DNA of 64,000 bases from Magallana gigas (Eukaryota): NCBI RefSeq assembly GCF_963853765.1, contig NC_088859.1:12648001-12712000 (forward strand), given 5' to 3'. This document shows, one piece after another, positions 1 to 13,448 of the stretch. The first letter of the stretch is position 1. Each line of letters begins with the position of its first letter. The translations under genes and the position numbers were made by a program. Under the pieces are notes generated by a model, which saw only the letters and a list, made by a program, of their open reading frames with translations, had not been told where the DNA came from and ran no database searches.

Positions 1-3000
1 TATCTTAATCCCTTTCTAAAACAACTTCCAAAACACAAAATACAGGTTCTTTTGAGAGGGAATGAGACATAAAAATCCATCAAGCACAAAATATATGACC
101 ATGTTTTTTGCAATTTTTAAGTGATGAATTCTGAAATGATAAGTTATCAGAAGCCATCTTTTTGATAAGAAATAAAGTCCCCCCACACAGTAATATGTTT
201 CTGCACTTTCAAGCTTGAAAACTATTCATCAAATCATATACCATAAAACCCCACACCATTAATATAAGCAGAAATCAAGATCCCTTTCTCACTGAAAAAC
301 GAGATCTCCCTCCCACTGAAAAATAAAGCTGTTTTGAGCAATCTACCTTTCCTTCCTGTAGTCTATAATCCCAAAAACAGATGTTAGTTGAGCTAAACAA
401 ATACTTCATCAGCTGAAGAATCAAATGTACTATCGCAGAAATCTGCGTAATTATTTATCAATCTATGTAATGTCATTCATCGCCTTCAAAAGATTCCCCT
501 GCAGAACAAAACGCAACCCTCTTTAACCTTGCTAAGATCCATCACGTTTTTGTCTCACTGTCTGAATGGAGCGTACTAAAGAAAAAATTGGTCCAAAAAC
601 CATACTACAACATATATACCATATATTTATATATTCTAGGATGGTTGACAGTTTGTTGTTGTCATTTTTCATTAATATACACTTATTTGTAATTCATATA
701 ATTTCAAAAATTGAGTTTGAAACTTCAATGCATTAAGACACACTTTAATGCAAAAACACAATACATTGTAGAACAAGAATCAAATTCATTTAAGTTTGGT
801 TGGCTGCAGAGTCTATTTTGCCCTGGTATCAATTATCCTAATGTACAGGAAGGTTTAAACAAATTAAACAACAAAGCTTGCTATCTTACCTTTTTCTTGG
901 AGAACTTCTGTTTAAATTTACGCTTGAGGTTATAAGTAAAGTTCATCATTGTCTCCACACTAGCAAATAATTCCAATCCATGAGATAAATATGAAAATGA
1001 GAGTGTGTGTGAAAAAAAAAACCCACAAAAGTATAGCTGTGAAGGTAGAAACAATTATCCCATGTTTTCAATTAATCCAGGCTGCAAAAAAGCACATGTA
1101 TTTCCTCCTAGTAATTTAGTGCTGGATGGTTTGAGGTAACGGAGATAAATTTGCTTGGTGGTTATATAACAGCACACACATTAAACAGCAGTGCTCTCCT
1201 CCTCAATATCCATTCACTCATCAAATTAGAGAAATTAAATTACTCTAGGTACATCAAAATCTCTGTAGAATGAAAATGATATGCCTGATACAGCTTCTTC
1301 GGCCAGTCAGTGAAAACTTTCAATTATTTGAAAACCTATCCATCCAGTCTGTTTTTATCAAAACTTACTTTTCCGGGATAAATGCGTATTTAATTAACCT
1401 CACGTCAAAAATCCCCTTTACACTGCGGAATACTCTTGGATATTCCAAAACAATTGAACATGGGCCTCCACATCAAATTACTGACGGCATAAACAGGCTC
1501 TCGTTAACTCAAAAACAAACATTCCATAATTTTTGTTCACAAACTTGGCTTTTTTGCCCTCTGTTTCTCAATTTGTTCACCCGAATACTGGTCATGCCAA
1601 ACTCTTGTTTCACAGAGAAAGTAAACTGAGGGTGTTCTTTACACACCAAGTCTGGATAGGAAAGCTATCACATGCATCATCAACCGATGAAAACACAACA
1701 CAGCTAAGTTTGTGATAGCTCAATTATACAATCACTGCCCAGAGCTTACTGTTTCACCTATCTAGCCTTATTGATAAGCAACACTCAGATCAAGAACTGG
1801 TGATTTTTCATTTCAGACATTTTGGTGAAAAGACATGAGCACTTGTGATTCACTTTGATAAAAAATAAAAAGAAGAAAAGATCGGTATCAGGATTTTTTT
1901 TCTGTAAAAAACATAAAATTTGAAAATATTGGCGTGGGCTATCTGTGTAAAAAAAAAAAAAAAAGAAAGAAAGAAAAGTTACTGAACCTCCATTGAACCA
2001 TTATTGCAAAAAGAAGAACTTTTTCTTTGTCCTGAAATTATTGCCCAAATATTCATTTATTGTGAACATAACAACTTTTCTTTTAAGATGTACCGTATAC
2101 ATTCTATTAAGAAAATTGGGTAGAAACTGGAGAAGACTTGCGGATAAAAAGTTATTTTTTTTATTAAGCATCTGAATGAAATTTTATAGGCAAAAAATTT
2201 AAATGAGATTTGGTAATTTTCAGTAAAAAGATAATTTGATAATTTCCGGAATTTCAAAAAATTAGAAACTTTGCCATCAATGAGGTTTAAATTGTGATGA
2301 AGGCTTTTCTTTTTTATACATTAAGAAGTCAGCTTGCAATTAGCAATTATAATGAAAGATGGGATTGCGTACGAATATGGTACATGGTCTGCTGTATGGT
2401 AAGTCGTATGTCACTCTACGCGTGGATGTTGAATAATTAAATCAATTTAAAACCTCAAAAGAATTTATAAACACCTAATTATCATTTTAATAACATGGCC
2501 AAGCACTGGTAATTAAATGTGAATTGATGACTAATTTTGTTAACAGTGTTTGCAAGATTTTAATCAAAGTGAGAAAAGTTGTTCCAAGTTGAACTTAATG
2601 TGACATACAGGTGCTTCCGTCCCTATCAGCAAGCAGACAATTTGCTTCAGCAATTCGGGACATCAAATCTGCTTTTAAATGCCCTAACAAGTACTAAAAC
2701 AGTTGGTGAGAATCCATGTACCAGTATGTCTCATTTATCTTGATTTCTTATGACACCAAATTCCACAGCCGATCAGACATCACAGTTTGGTGGAACCAGA
2801 TATTTTTTTTCCAGCAGCAATCTCAGGGCTCGAAGGCATCACTGTGTCAGCTGGCCAGGGAAAAGTGAGTAAGCCATGAACCCCAGTACATCATCACAAT
2901 ATGTCAAAAAACTTCACCCTGCATTTTTATCTGTGTATCATTTTGCCATCAAACATTATAATCAGCCACAGCTGTGTTATCTCCATCAGAAATCAAAATG

Positions 3001-4260
3001 ATATTAGGATTTCTTGCAGAGTGCTCCCTCTGTCTGCACGGATGGAAGCACCATGCAAGCAATGTGCTCTACCAGAAAACCTTTCCGAACACCACTCAAG
3101 CTAGCAGAGACCCGAAAGCCATTGCATCAGGATTTTTATTTTTATTTGTGAGTGAAAATGCCATCTGATAGAGTCTGCTCCTAGTCCTGTCTTAGACTGT
3201 TGACTCATCAGCATAATGATGAGTCAAAGGGTTTATGATTTAACAAAATCACAGGAGTCCAAGCATAAATCATCTCATCTCATCTCAGTGCATCTATCTT
3301 ATCCCAGACACAGTTGCACAGTAGAGAGTCTACGATTGGCTCAGAACGAGAGTTTCTTTAATTTACTTGACAGGAAAATCAGAGATAAGAATTAAAAGCA
3401 ATATGAATTCTGCAACACCAGATTCATAAAATTTCACTAGATTTTTTATATTTTTTATCTAATGACTTAAGAATTGGTTTTATGATAATGGTAGATATAT
3501 CTAAACATTCTCAAATTCCAGATCAAAAGGAGGATTAAGCATACTCTTCCACATAAACATCAAATAACAAATTACTTTCAGTCTGCAACGTAAGACTAAA
3601 CAATTCTACCACAATGCCCAACTTTCAGATTGTAAGGAAGAATGCTATGAAATCCAATGAATGAAATTTAACGCTGTCATTTTTTTTCCTTATCTATTCG
3701 TAGACTGTTTACAAGTCGTTGCAGGTTGTGTTGAAAAAATTCAAAAGTGTCAAGATGAAACACAAAGCTAGTTAAAATTAACTCAAAGCAACATTAAGGA
3801 CAATCAATTATCCCCCCATGCGGCTTTTAAATATGCATTTAAAATCAACAGATACCAAGCACCTGTGTTATAATCCCAAGAATCTTCTCCATTGATGGTC
3901 TAAAGTGGATGTAAAGAACTGGCATTATCTGTGTGAAAATAATTCTATCGCCAATAGAAAACAGTAAAATACAGAGGACCTCAAAGCCTCATGTGACAGG
4001 CCCTGAACCTATAAACAACTTATCCTGTCAATACAATAAATCCTACCATTGCTGTGCACATGCAGCTGGTTTTTGCATATATCCAAAAGGGCTGGGTTTC
4101 CCAAACTTTCTAAACATCTGCTAAACTTTGCCAAATTAAGTTTGATAGATCTATAGATTAATACATGAACGCCGAGAGACATTCGAATAATTTTCTTAAC
4201 AAACAAGTTGCACCCCTTTTCTTTTTTAGCCTTATTTTTATTTTTACCAAACAGCCTTAC

Positions 4261-4353
4261 CTGGAAATGGAGGATGATGGTCCAGATTAATCCCAGGGTC
4301 AGCTTTGGGTTGCCGTCCACTATTTCATCCGAGCGAATATTCACCAGTCGAAT
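4261..4353 (-). CDS. DST/MACF1 (shot-like): Spectraplakin CH1 domain exon ([31 protein letters not shown]); gene continues left of the window
   Basis: 93 bp, cag acceptor and gtaagg donor, phase 0/0; the translation is the canonical end of CH1 in spectrin-family actin-binding domains. Confidence 0.95.
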
Positions 4354-4600
4354 CTGATTTAGAAAAAACAGTTTTCTATTGCAGATTCTACATATATTTA
4401 ATCATACTGATCAAAAAATGTTTGGAAAAAACAATTACTTAATACTAAATAAAAGCACAATCAACCTAAGTAAAATCATGTGGGTTTTTTTTCTCAATGA
4501 ATGCATATTAAAGGTTTAATTTGACCCATGTCAACACTTCAAAGCTGGTGCTAAACAATGATTTTGCAAACAAATCAACACATTTATAATGAATACTTAC

Positions 4601-4678
4601 CCCTTTCTTACTGAGATATTCTAAAGCAATCTGTACATTTTGTATTTTGTGGAATTTCATGCGACCCTTTTCTCTGGG
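4601..4678 (-). CDS. DST/MACF1 (shot-like): Spectraplakin CH1 exon ([26 protein letters not shown])
   Basis: 78 bp, aag acceptor and gtaagt donor, phase 0/0; PREKGRM motif typical of plectin/dystonin/MACF1. Confidence 0.95.
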
Positions 4679-5546
4679 CTTAAAAGAAAAAACAACATAG
4701 GTGCATAATTAGATCAAACCAACTAAATCCACTTGAAATGTTACTAAATGTAAGTTAATATATATATATAATTACTTATTTGTTTATTTCATAAATCTAC
4801 AGACTTTTAAACTTCAACAAGATAACTTGATTGAATCACTTGCAAAACAGGATTTGAAACAATCTAATTTCCAAGAATGCAGCTTCTCTAGATAACATAT
4901 CATTGCATGGCAACAAAGCTATCAACAACAAAGTATAGTCTTAAAACATCATTGTGAGATCAAAATTTATAATTGCTTACAATTTACAATTGCAAGGAAA
5001 AATACAGAATAATTAATTATTTTTAAATATCTGTTTATTCCTATGCTTAAATTAAAACAAGATGACACTGTAATCAGTGTTATCTACGGAGATAACGGGC
5101 CAGGGTTTCTTATCGACCCTGATCGTCTGGTCGACATTACTTGGAGTTATGACATTCAAGCTCTCTAATCTACCATCAACTAACAAACAAAGTTAAATGT
5201 CTAAAAAATTTAATCTCGGGACTCAATCACTTTGATAGCAATAATCCGGAAAAACAAACAGCCTGGTCCCCTTATGCTGCTCGTTTTGTTAAACTCCGGA
5301 AACTAACGCAAAATATTTTTTTTACAGCTTCACAAATCTCAAAATTTTTTTTGTTATAGGGTTTTGCTTCTGCTTGTAAGTTTGATAATATTGTTTATTA
5401 ATTGTGGAAAAACTTTCTTTTTGCCAAAGATACCTCCCAAAACTGTTAGTAAACTAAGATTTAGATCTATATACATTGGAACAAAATCAAAGATAAATTT
5501 GTTTCTTTAACTGACAGACAGGTTATGAAATGATACTGTACACAAA

Positions 5547-5650
5547 ATTATACTAGAGTATCGTGGGCTATGAATTAATGCATAAGATTATACCAGAGTA
5601 TCGTGGGCTATGAATTTATGTATAATATTATACCAGAGTATCGTGGGCTA
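5547..5650. repeat. 40-bp tandem repeat (about 2.5 copies) overlapping an exon 3' end and splice donor
   Basis: tac(c/t)agagtatcgtgggcta starts at 5551, 5591 and 5631. Confidence 0.9.
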
Positions 5651-5723
5651 GGACCTCTAACAGTGAGATCAGGTTGTGTCCATCTCGAAGATCATCAAAC
5701 AGGTCAATCACTCGTCTACCCGC
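5634..5723 (-). CDS. DST/MACF1 (shot-like): Spectraplakin CH1 exon ([30 protein letters not shown])
   Basis: 90 bp, cag acceptor and gtataa donor, phase 0/0; [19 protein letters not shown] motif. Confidence 0.95.
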
Positions 5724-8700
5724 CTGTAAATAGTCAACATGACCTAATTAGGATCTTAATACATAACACTCACATTTATAAAATCAAATTGAATTCAGAT
5801 TTGTACACAAGTACGAAACATAAAAAATATGCTTCTTGGTATCAATCTTCATTCTTCAATAAACTCCGTGATAATTTTAATAAAGACATTTTTTATGTTA
5901 TATGCTTTACCAGTATTTTTTGAAACAAAGTATATTCCAGCAACAGAGAATGTATATCAATATGTAATATTAGAAAAAATATAACAAAGCATTCAACGTC
6001 AAGCTATACTTCCTCAGAACCTTGTCAAAATACTGTTGATGCTATAAACTAAGCATAAAAAAATATTTAAGGGACATTGTAACAGCTTTCTCAATTTTAA
6101 TTTAAGTAAACATGTTGGCATAAATCTTAAAACAACGAAATATAAAAAATGATGAATGAAAATGTCTTAAAACCACAACATTTACATTTCAACACACTAA
6201 GGTAGAACAATTAACAATGGAATGCATATAAGACACAGACATGCTTAATAAAAACAATAAAGCATGCGCATTGATGATTAACATATTGTGCAGTCTGCCG
6301 CGCACGATTTTCTAAATTTGACCCTTCATCTTAAGTTTTTAATTTTATAAATTAATCATTGAAATCAATTGACAGGTCGTGCAGAGTTAATTACCACTAA
6401 TTCCTGGCAAAGATTTCTTTTTTTATAACACAACCATCTCCCCACTTCAAAAGAAATATTTAGAACTGCACATGACTAAAATAACTAGTGTTAATAGCTA
6501 TGGTTCGATTTCTTCGTTCACCTCTATATAAACATAATACATATAATTATAATAAATATCTTTAAATCAGTTTTTGTATTCCAATTACGAGCTTCGCCTA
6601 TTGGTAGCTAGAGACCAGTGTAGCAATTAATCGATACATCCTTCCCATCCCACCAAATACAAAACTTATATACCCTATTTTTTTTTTCCCAATTAAGATA
6701 AACAAAACTAACTCTAAAATCAACAAATAAAACGAATTAAGGGAAGAAATCTCCACTAAATTAAAAAGATAATTAAAAGAAAATTGATGATTGCCATTGA
6801 TGGCCTATAAGTTAGTGTGTTGACCGGACTCCATTAGAATCTCTGTCACGAACAAGGGTGATGAATGGAGACATTTCCACAAAATGTTTTCTAAATGATT
6901 CGAACAAATAATCAGACGCAAATGTAGAGGCATCAAAACAATGCATGCCGATAAATGAAATAAACTCAGTGTTTTTTATTCTATCCAAACTACAAAATTT
7001 GATAATTTAAAAAAAATGAAATGTTTTAAGCAATCAGACGCATATACAAACATCATAATTAACTGTAACAAATGGCTATCTTACAAACATTTATCAAATG
7101 TAAAATGAGTATTTTTCTTTCAATTTGGGGGGAATTAACACAACAAATCATGCAGCATAGCATCTTTAGGATTGATATCAAACCTGCGAAAATCTCCAGT
7201 GCTGCATATAATCAACAGGAAGGGGAGACCACTATGTAATAGTATAAACATTATAAAACATTACCAGTACATTATAACATTTAGAGTAATGAAAGTCTCT
7301 AAAATCATTGAAATATCTATATGTATATATACTTAATAGTAATAATGTTGCTTAACAATAAAAAACAAGTTTTAAAGAGAAGATAACTGTGTAAGATGCA
7401 GACTCACTAAAACAAATATGACAATTAGAGTAGCCTCCCATTTCAGACTGTATTTACTAGTTTATCAAACTGGCAGTGGTTCAAATAAGCAGCTATCGTG
7501 GCTTGAACAAGGTAAACACCACTTCCAGCCTTCAACAGACTGGCCACATTAGTTTGTTTTGTACTTGATTTGTTACTGAATACAAGAGGGTCTGCATATT
7601 GTAGGAACAGAGGCCAAAATTAGAAACAATACGCACTGACGAGGCTATACATATCAAATTAATTAGAGGGGTCAAATTACTTTTTCTGTAGCTGTATAAA
7701 TGCCTGTATTGTCATTAATGGGACAGTCTATGGACATATGTGGATTCTCAGTCCTGCATTGTTTGTAGGGATGGAAGCCTCCCTATAGTATTGATTTATC
7801 AGAGGCACATCAGACATTACTACATAATGTTTGATGCATAAAACAAACAAAAAATAAATGTTTATTTGCATTTTGACTCAATCGAGCATCATCTTTCTGA
7901 GACATGACGAAATAGATCAAAGATAAACACATTATAAAAACATTTATTTATTATTAAACCGTCATCAGATTCGATCATCCAGCAAGCAGTGTTGACGAAT
8001 CCTAACACACGAGAGTAATCAAGTTACAGGTCACAATATTGACCAGCTTGTACATGTTTATGAACATGCATCATTCAAATCTAATTATATGCTTGGCATT
8101 TGACCTCTAGTACTCAATTACATGCAGTAAATGCCAGATATGGGATTTGGACCGCTTTCAATAGCTACTTCTTGGCCAACAAAACATGGGCAAATTCATA
8201 CATAATCAATTATTTACAGTTCATAGTTAAGCTGTATCAACATCCTTCTTGCATTGTTAACAACAAAAGTCATATGTACTCTGTCTTTATAGGTACATGA
8301 CCATGACAAATATTGCTGTAGGGAGAGGGAATATGGGGAAGGGAGCTATAGGGCATATTCAGGTATGGGTAATGCTACATCATGTTGTATATTTTTATCG
8401 ATAGACATCTAACTTCCCGTATCCACCCATCATACAGATGAGGGGGATCTTTATGAATTGTGGGGCACATTCTAACCATATGTCTGGATTAATTCTTGGT
8501 TACATGCCAGTCTCCCATTCAGATTGATTGTGTCAAACATAATGTTCACCACTATTGGCACGAAAAATAGGTTCACTTGATTCTAATTTTAAATTCTTCT
8601 TCCCATGTGCACAAAGGTAGTATATTTGTTGGCATTTCTACACTACATACTTCCTCACACATTTTTTCTTCCCTCTGTATAACGAGAGCTCTAGCTATCA

Positions 8701-11184
8701 AAGAAGACATTTACCCTTACACGAGGCGAGCGGAAATGCTATAACTGCTCGAAAGAAGTTTCATCACAGTTATGCATATAACTGGGATGAAAATGTGATT
8801 TAAAGATTGGAGAATAATTAATACTTGTTAAAATATTCCTCTCGTCCCCAAACCCCAAATATCCAATACATCTTTCTTCAGTGGGTGTGTCCCTACATGT
8901 ATACTAGGCTCTTGAGTTTAGGTGGTGTGAGGGGGCAGTATTCTTTATAACAAAGGAGCCTCTACACTACAACACAAGTATTCCTGACTAAGTGATGAGA
9001 TAAGGGGAAATGCTGATCCAACTGGTACAGTCATAATAAACAACTTCTTACATCAAATGAGACTGACAGAAAATATAACTCCTACACCAGACCCAGAGAA
9101 TTAATCCTGACCCACACACCCCTGTGGCTAAACAAGGGCTTGGTCTATGTTTGTCAATTTTGATGATCTTTTGGGGGCAACACTGGGGAAAGTGTTATCA
9201 GTGATTGACAAAATAACATATATTGATGTCACAAATTTGATATAATACTGTATTAACAGCAAATTTTGTCTGACAAAACAGGAAGAATTGGCATGAGCAC
9301 TTAAGAACAAAGTCTGTGCACAGTTATATATGTGTGTGCATGGGCTGTGTGAATTAAGGCCTGTAAAAACGATTGCTTGCACCTTGATAATTAATGACAC
9401 GTGCCCTCGCTAGCTGGCCCTAGCTGCTGGCCATGGATTACACAGGTCCACCCAGCACACCTGAGTCGACCAGCTGACAACTGAGTTATTGCCCAGGTAA
9501 CACACAAAGTGGGAATTTACCGTGGAGTTATAGCTGGCCACCAATAAAAAGCATACCTCTACACATCCTAGTAAGATATTGCAGAGCGTAGTATGCTACT
9601 AGTCTCTTGTACAATATTCCCTTTTTACAACCTCCTGGTTACATTATCTAGGTCACTAATCAGTTTTTACTACAATTAAGTAAGTGAATACACCAGGTCG
9701 TAGAGTAGGTATCATGACTTTTATTTTCTCCAGATGTTTCATACTGCAAGGGAAAATGTTTCTTGGAATGGTAAAAAAAAGAAAATACTTCTTCTACTTG
9801 TTATTACACTGGGGGGCCTATATAGGCCTAGAGGGACCAGGTCTTAAAATACTTTTGCAAAAAATCCTCTGCCTGCTAATTCATTAGAGTGTTGAAGTAC
9901 TGTGAAAATTCCAACATTTCTAAGCTTGTATTACTTTGATCCATGAAACGCCCCCCAAAATTAATACTTTTCAAGCACTTGCCTAATCTTAATTAGGCAC
10001 TTTCCGTAATAACATTTTTGTCCCCTCCAGCTAGATAAAAAATGAAAGACTGAGAGAAGGCACAGTATTAAAATATTAAAATGAAATGTTAATAAGTCTT
10101 AAAAGATTTCAGGAAAGGTCAAGCTTTTGTATTCATTTGAATGGACGAAAAAGTCAGTGGATTTTCTCTCAATGATTATACATTGCATATCTATTATTGA
10201 GTACATCATAAATGTTAAAAAATTTTACACTGAGATTGTGAAGAGTAGATTGCAGAACACTCCAGAATACTGCAGATTGCACAACATTTGTACATATGTT
10301 ATGATGCATTTTCTAAAAGGAAATAGGTGCTAAATGTTTCCTGTCAGAGATTTGAATCAGTAGCAGATATTTCTACGTTTAAAAGGGAAATGATAATTAG
10401 ATTGTATTTAGTGCTACATACCAGGTAATAATATGCTACTGACAGGACAACAGCAACAACGTAGGTGTATGAATGTCATTAAAGAAACTTTTCCTGAGAT
10501 TCATTTATCAATAAAACTTTTAGAGAGATAAAAGGCTATACTATATAGTCCTCATGAGAGAGATATACAATATAGATACATGTACTAATAAATATTGTGC
10601 TTCTGTACTTAATTTGTATAAGAACCTAATTATTAATCATTGAATATCTGTACTAGTATTCCATGTTGAATTTTTAGAAACTTCATTCCTTATTTTGATT
10701 TTTTTTAAGCTTCTTATGTAAAAAAAACAAGCATTTAGTAACCTGGCCATATTTAAAAAGTATTTGGAGTTGTGTATGTATTGATTCATTTATTAAAGAT
10801 TCTCAAGTGCTTCCAAGGCACAACAATTTTCTTCTATATATACTTGATGTTTTCTTAGCTTTCAAAAAGTTGCAAAATCTCATGTTTGTAACCCATGTCA
10901 ATTGTTGACATCAAACTGATAGCACATATTACATTTAAAGTTTACGACAAATATTTACAAACTGATACATCAGCATTCCTATGGCTGACTGACCAACAAA
11001 AGAGGAGATTGTTCACAATTAAATTAAGTCCTGCCTCCGCTTACTGACTCTATTTGTCAACAGCAAGTGTAAATGTCACGCTCTTCAACTTGATTTGAGA
11101 TAAAGTTACATGTAAGAATTTAACGCTACAAAAACACTGAGAATTTAAACCAGTTGTCTTGTTTTTGTTTGTCAGCTTGCATAC

Positions 11185-11246
11185 CTTCAGGAGATGCTTG
11201 TTGACCCATTTGGTAAATGTCTTCTTCTGGACTGCATCTCTTTCAT
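11185..11246 (-). CDS. DST/MACF1 (shot-like): Spectraplakin CH1 first common exon ((D)ERDAVQKKTFTKWVNKHLLK)
   Basis: 62 bp, tttcag acceptor and gtatgc donor, phase 1/0; canonical QKKTFTKWVNKHL motif. Confidence 0.95.
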
Positions 11247-13185
11247 CTGAAATCAAACAAACAACAAAACTTTCAAATATGTGAAAACACCTGTGCTCAT
11301 TTGACAATCTTCCAAACTTGGTCTCAAGTTTCTGAATCTGATATATAAACTACATTTACACGTACCATGTATAGTATATTTTTATGTACCTATACTGGGT
11401 AGATACAGTTCCACCTGTAGTGTACCTATATAGTGTACATCATAGGATGTCATTATATGGTTCAAGCCTATTATGATACATGTATATTGCTACAATGACA
11501 CTGATTCTAAATATGCATGTATCTAGAGGATAACTTTTTACCCAAATTGTGTCTCTGTTCTTCAGTGGGAAACTATCTTTGTAGATAAATGATAAAGATC
11601 ACGAATGCTTCCATTTTACATGTATGAGTCTTGGTTATAACATGCTGCACAGGATATTCTTTTTTCAATCAATCAGAAATACATATGTATATACTATGCA
11701 GAAAATGTGATATATTAGCTGAGGATAAACAGTCAACAGTTCTTGAAATGAAGAAGTACTGAAAGATTTGTTCACATTGCAAGTTTTATGCAACTTTTCA
11801 ATTACTTTCTTCCTTAATTGACAAATTGAATTCTTTATCCTATAACGTTTATTCACATCTCGTTACACATTTTAAGTGGTCTTCCTTCTGACATAAGAAG
11901 ATAGGGTGTAGCTGCATATGACATAACAGGTCTACTTTTTAAAACAGTTTCAATCAATATGTATGCACACCCTGCTAGGCTGCAAGTTTCTGACAATATA
12001 GAAAGTTATGTAATTACAACATTAATCTAAGTGGATTCTTCAATGTGCACAAATCTTCAGACAGTTTTATGTTTTTACAATGTCCATGTGTAGATCTCCA
12101 AATGCTCTGAAGAATTTATGGCTTATATATGTATTCACATTATTTTTATGTATTTTATCATGCGATTTTACATCCAGATACATTATGTAGGATACCTGGT
12201 ATACCTAGATGTATATGTACCTATGATTGTAGATAAAACTTGTTTCAGACTGATCCTGGCTTCAATCTGCCATATAAACAAAACATAAGTCTGCCATATA
12301 AGCTAGCTAGGACATTACAGACATTGTTAGGAAGTCAATATCAATATACGGTAAACATTATGCCCTTAAGAATGAGACCTTAATTTCCTCATGCATTGCA
12401 TGCCTACCCACACTAAAACGGCAAGAATGAATTTTCTGCGGCTTGGTATTATTGGTGGAATGTTACAAATCTCATATTATAAAGCATTTAATAATTCAGT
12501 TCAATGACAGATAGTTCCTTCCAGGAAACAAGTCCCACAAGTGACAATGAATACATTGATATCTCTACCCTTCAATAATGATGACCCGATAGACCAGGCA
12601 TGAAAACATAATCAGAGGGGCACCTGGCTGAGATTTCCCGCCATAATGAACAGTATTGTTGGACTAGGCAGGTTGTTGTCCTCTTCATTTATCCCTTCAT
12701 CCATTCAACAAGTGTTTAATTCCACTTCAATTTTTGCCAAATCATGTACCTCTGTACAACAGGGGATGGCTTTTTAACCTAGCTTGCCCCTTGCATGGTA
12801 CATGTACAGTATGAACCATGGGTTCAAAATACCTAAAGTTCAATGGACATAGTAGCTTAAATAAAACATGCACCAATTAACTTTTTAAAATTTATTTGTT
12901 AATACAACAAGTGAATATATTTATGTCTCTTCAATCATGATGCCAAAACCACACTATTCCTCCCATGAAGGAAGACTGAATGGAATGATACATGAATATT
13001 AATAAACTGATGCGAATGATAATTAACAAGATGAAAGGGTATCTCAAAGATGATCAGCTAGGTTTTAAGTACCAGAAATCCTTGCACAAGGGAAATAAAG
13101 TATGAATGAACGAACGATACAGTGTCCATATGCTTGCCTGCATGAGTCAGACTAGACTTTGACATCACTACAGTGCAAGTCCTGT

Positions 13186-13448
13186 GTGGAGTACCTGCAT
13201 CAAATTGACAGCTCTATACATGTATCTACAGCTTAGTTTCATACTGTGAGCTGCACAGCATCAACAAATGCACAACGATATCACACAACTTAAACACCTG
13301 GGATTTAATCTGTTGTTAAAATATGATGTGAAGTACCTGCATCAAATTGACAGCTCTATATCTATGGTCAGTACAATGCTGTGAGCTGCACAGCAGCAAC
13401 AAATGCACAAGGTAACATGCAGCTAACACCTGGGCGTTAATCTGTTGT
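13186..13448. repeat. Diverged two-copy direct repeat, period about 142 bp (intronic)
   Basis: gtg(g/a)agtacctgcatcaaattgacagctctata ... ctgtgagctgcacagca ... aacacctggg..ttaatctgttgt starts at 13186 and 13328. Confidence 0.85.

Noticed and set aside
2609-2663. MSRIAEANCLLADRDGST as a spectraplakin exon
   Set aside because: Ends in phase 1 whereas the preceding CH1 exon ends in phase 0; no family similarity recognised
12628-12702. Minus-strand acidic ORF MDEGINEEDNNLPSPTILFIMAGNLSQ as another first exon
   Set aside because: Weak donor (gtgccc) and phase 0, incompatible with the common exon at 11246
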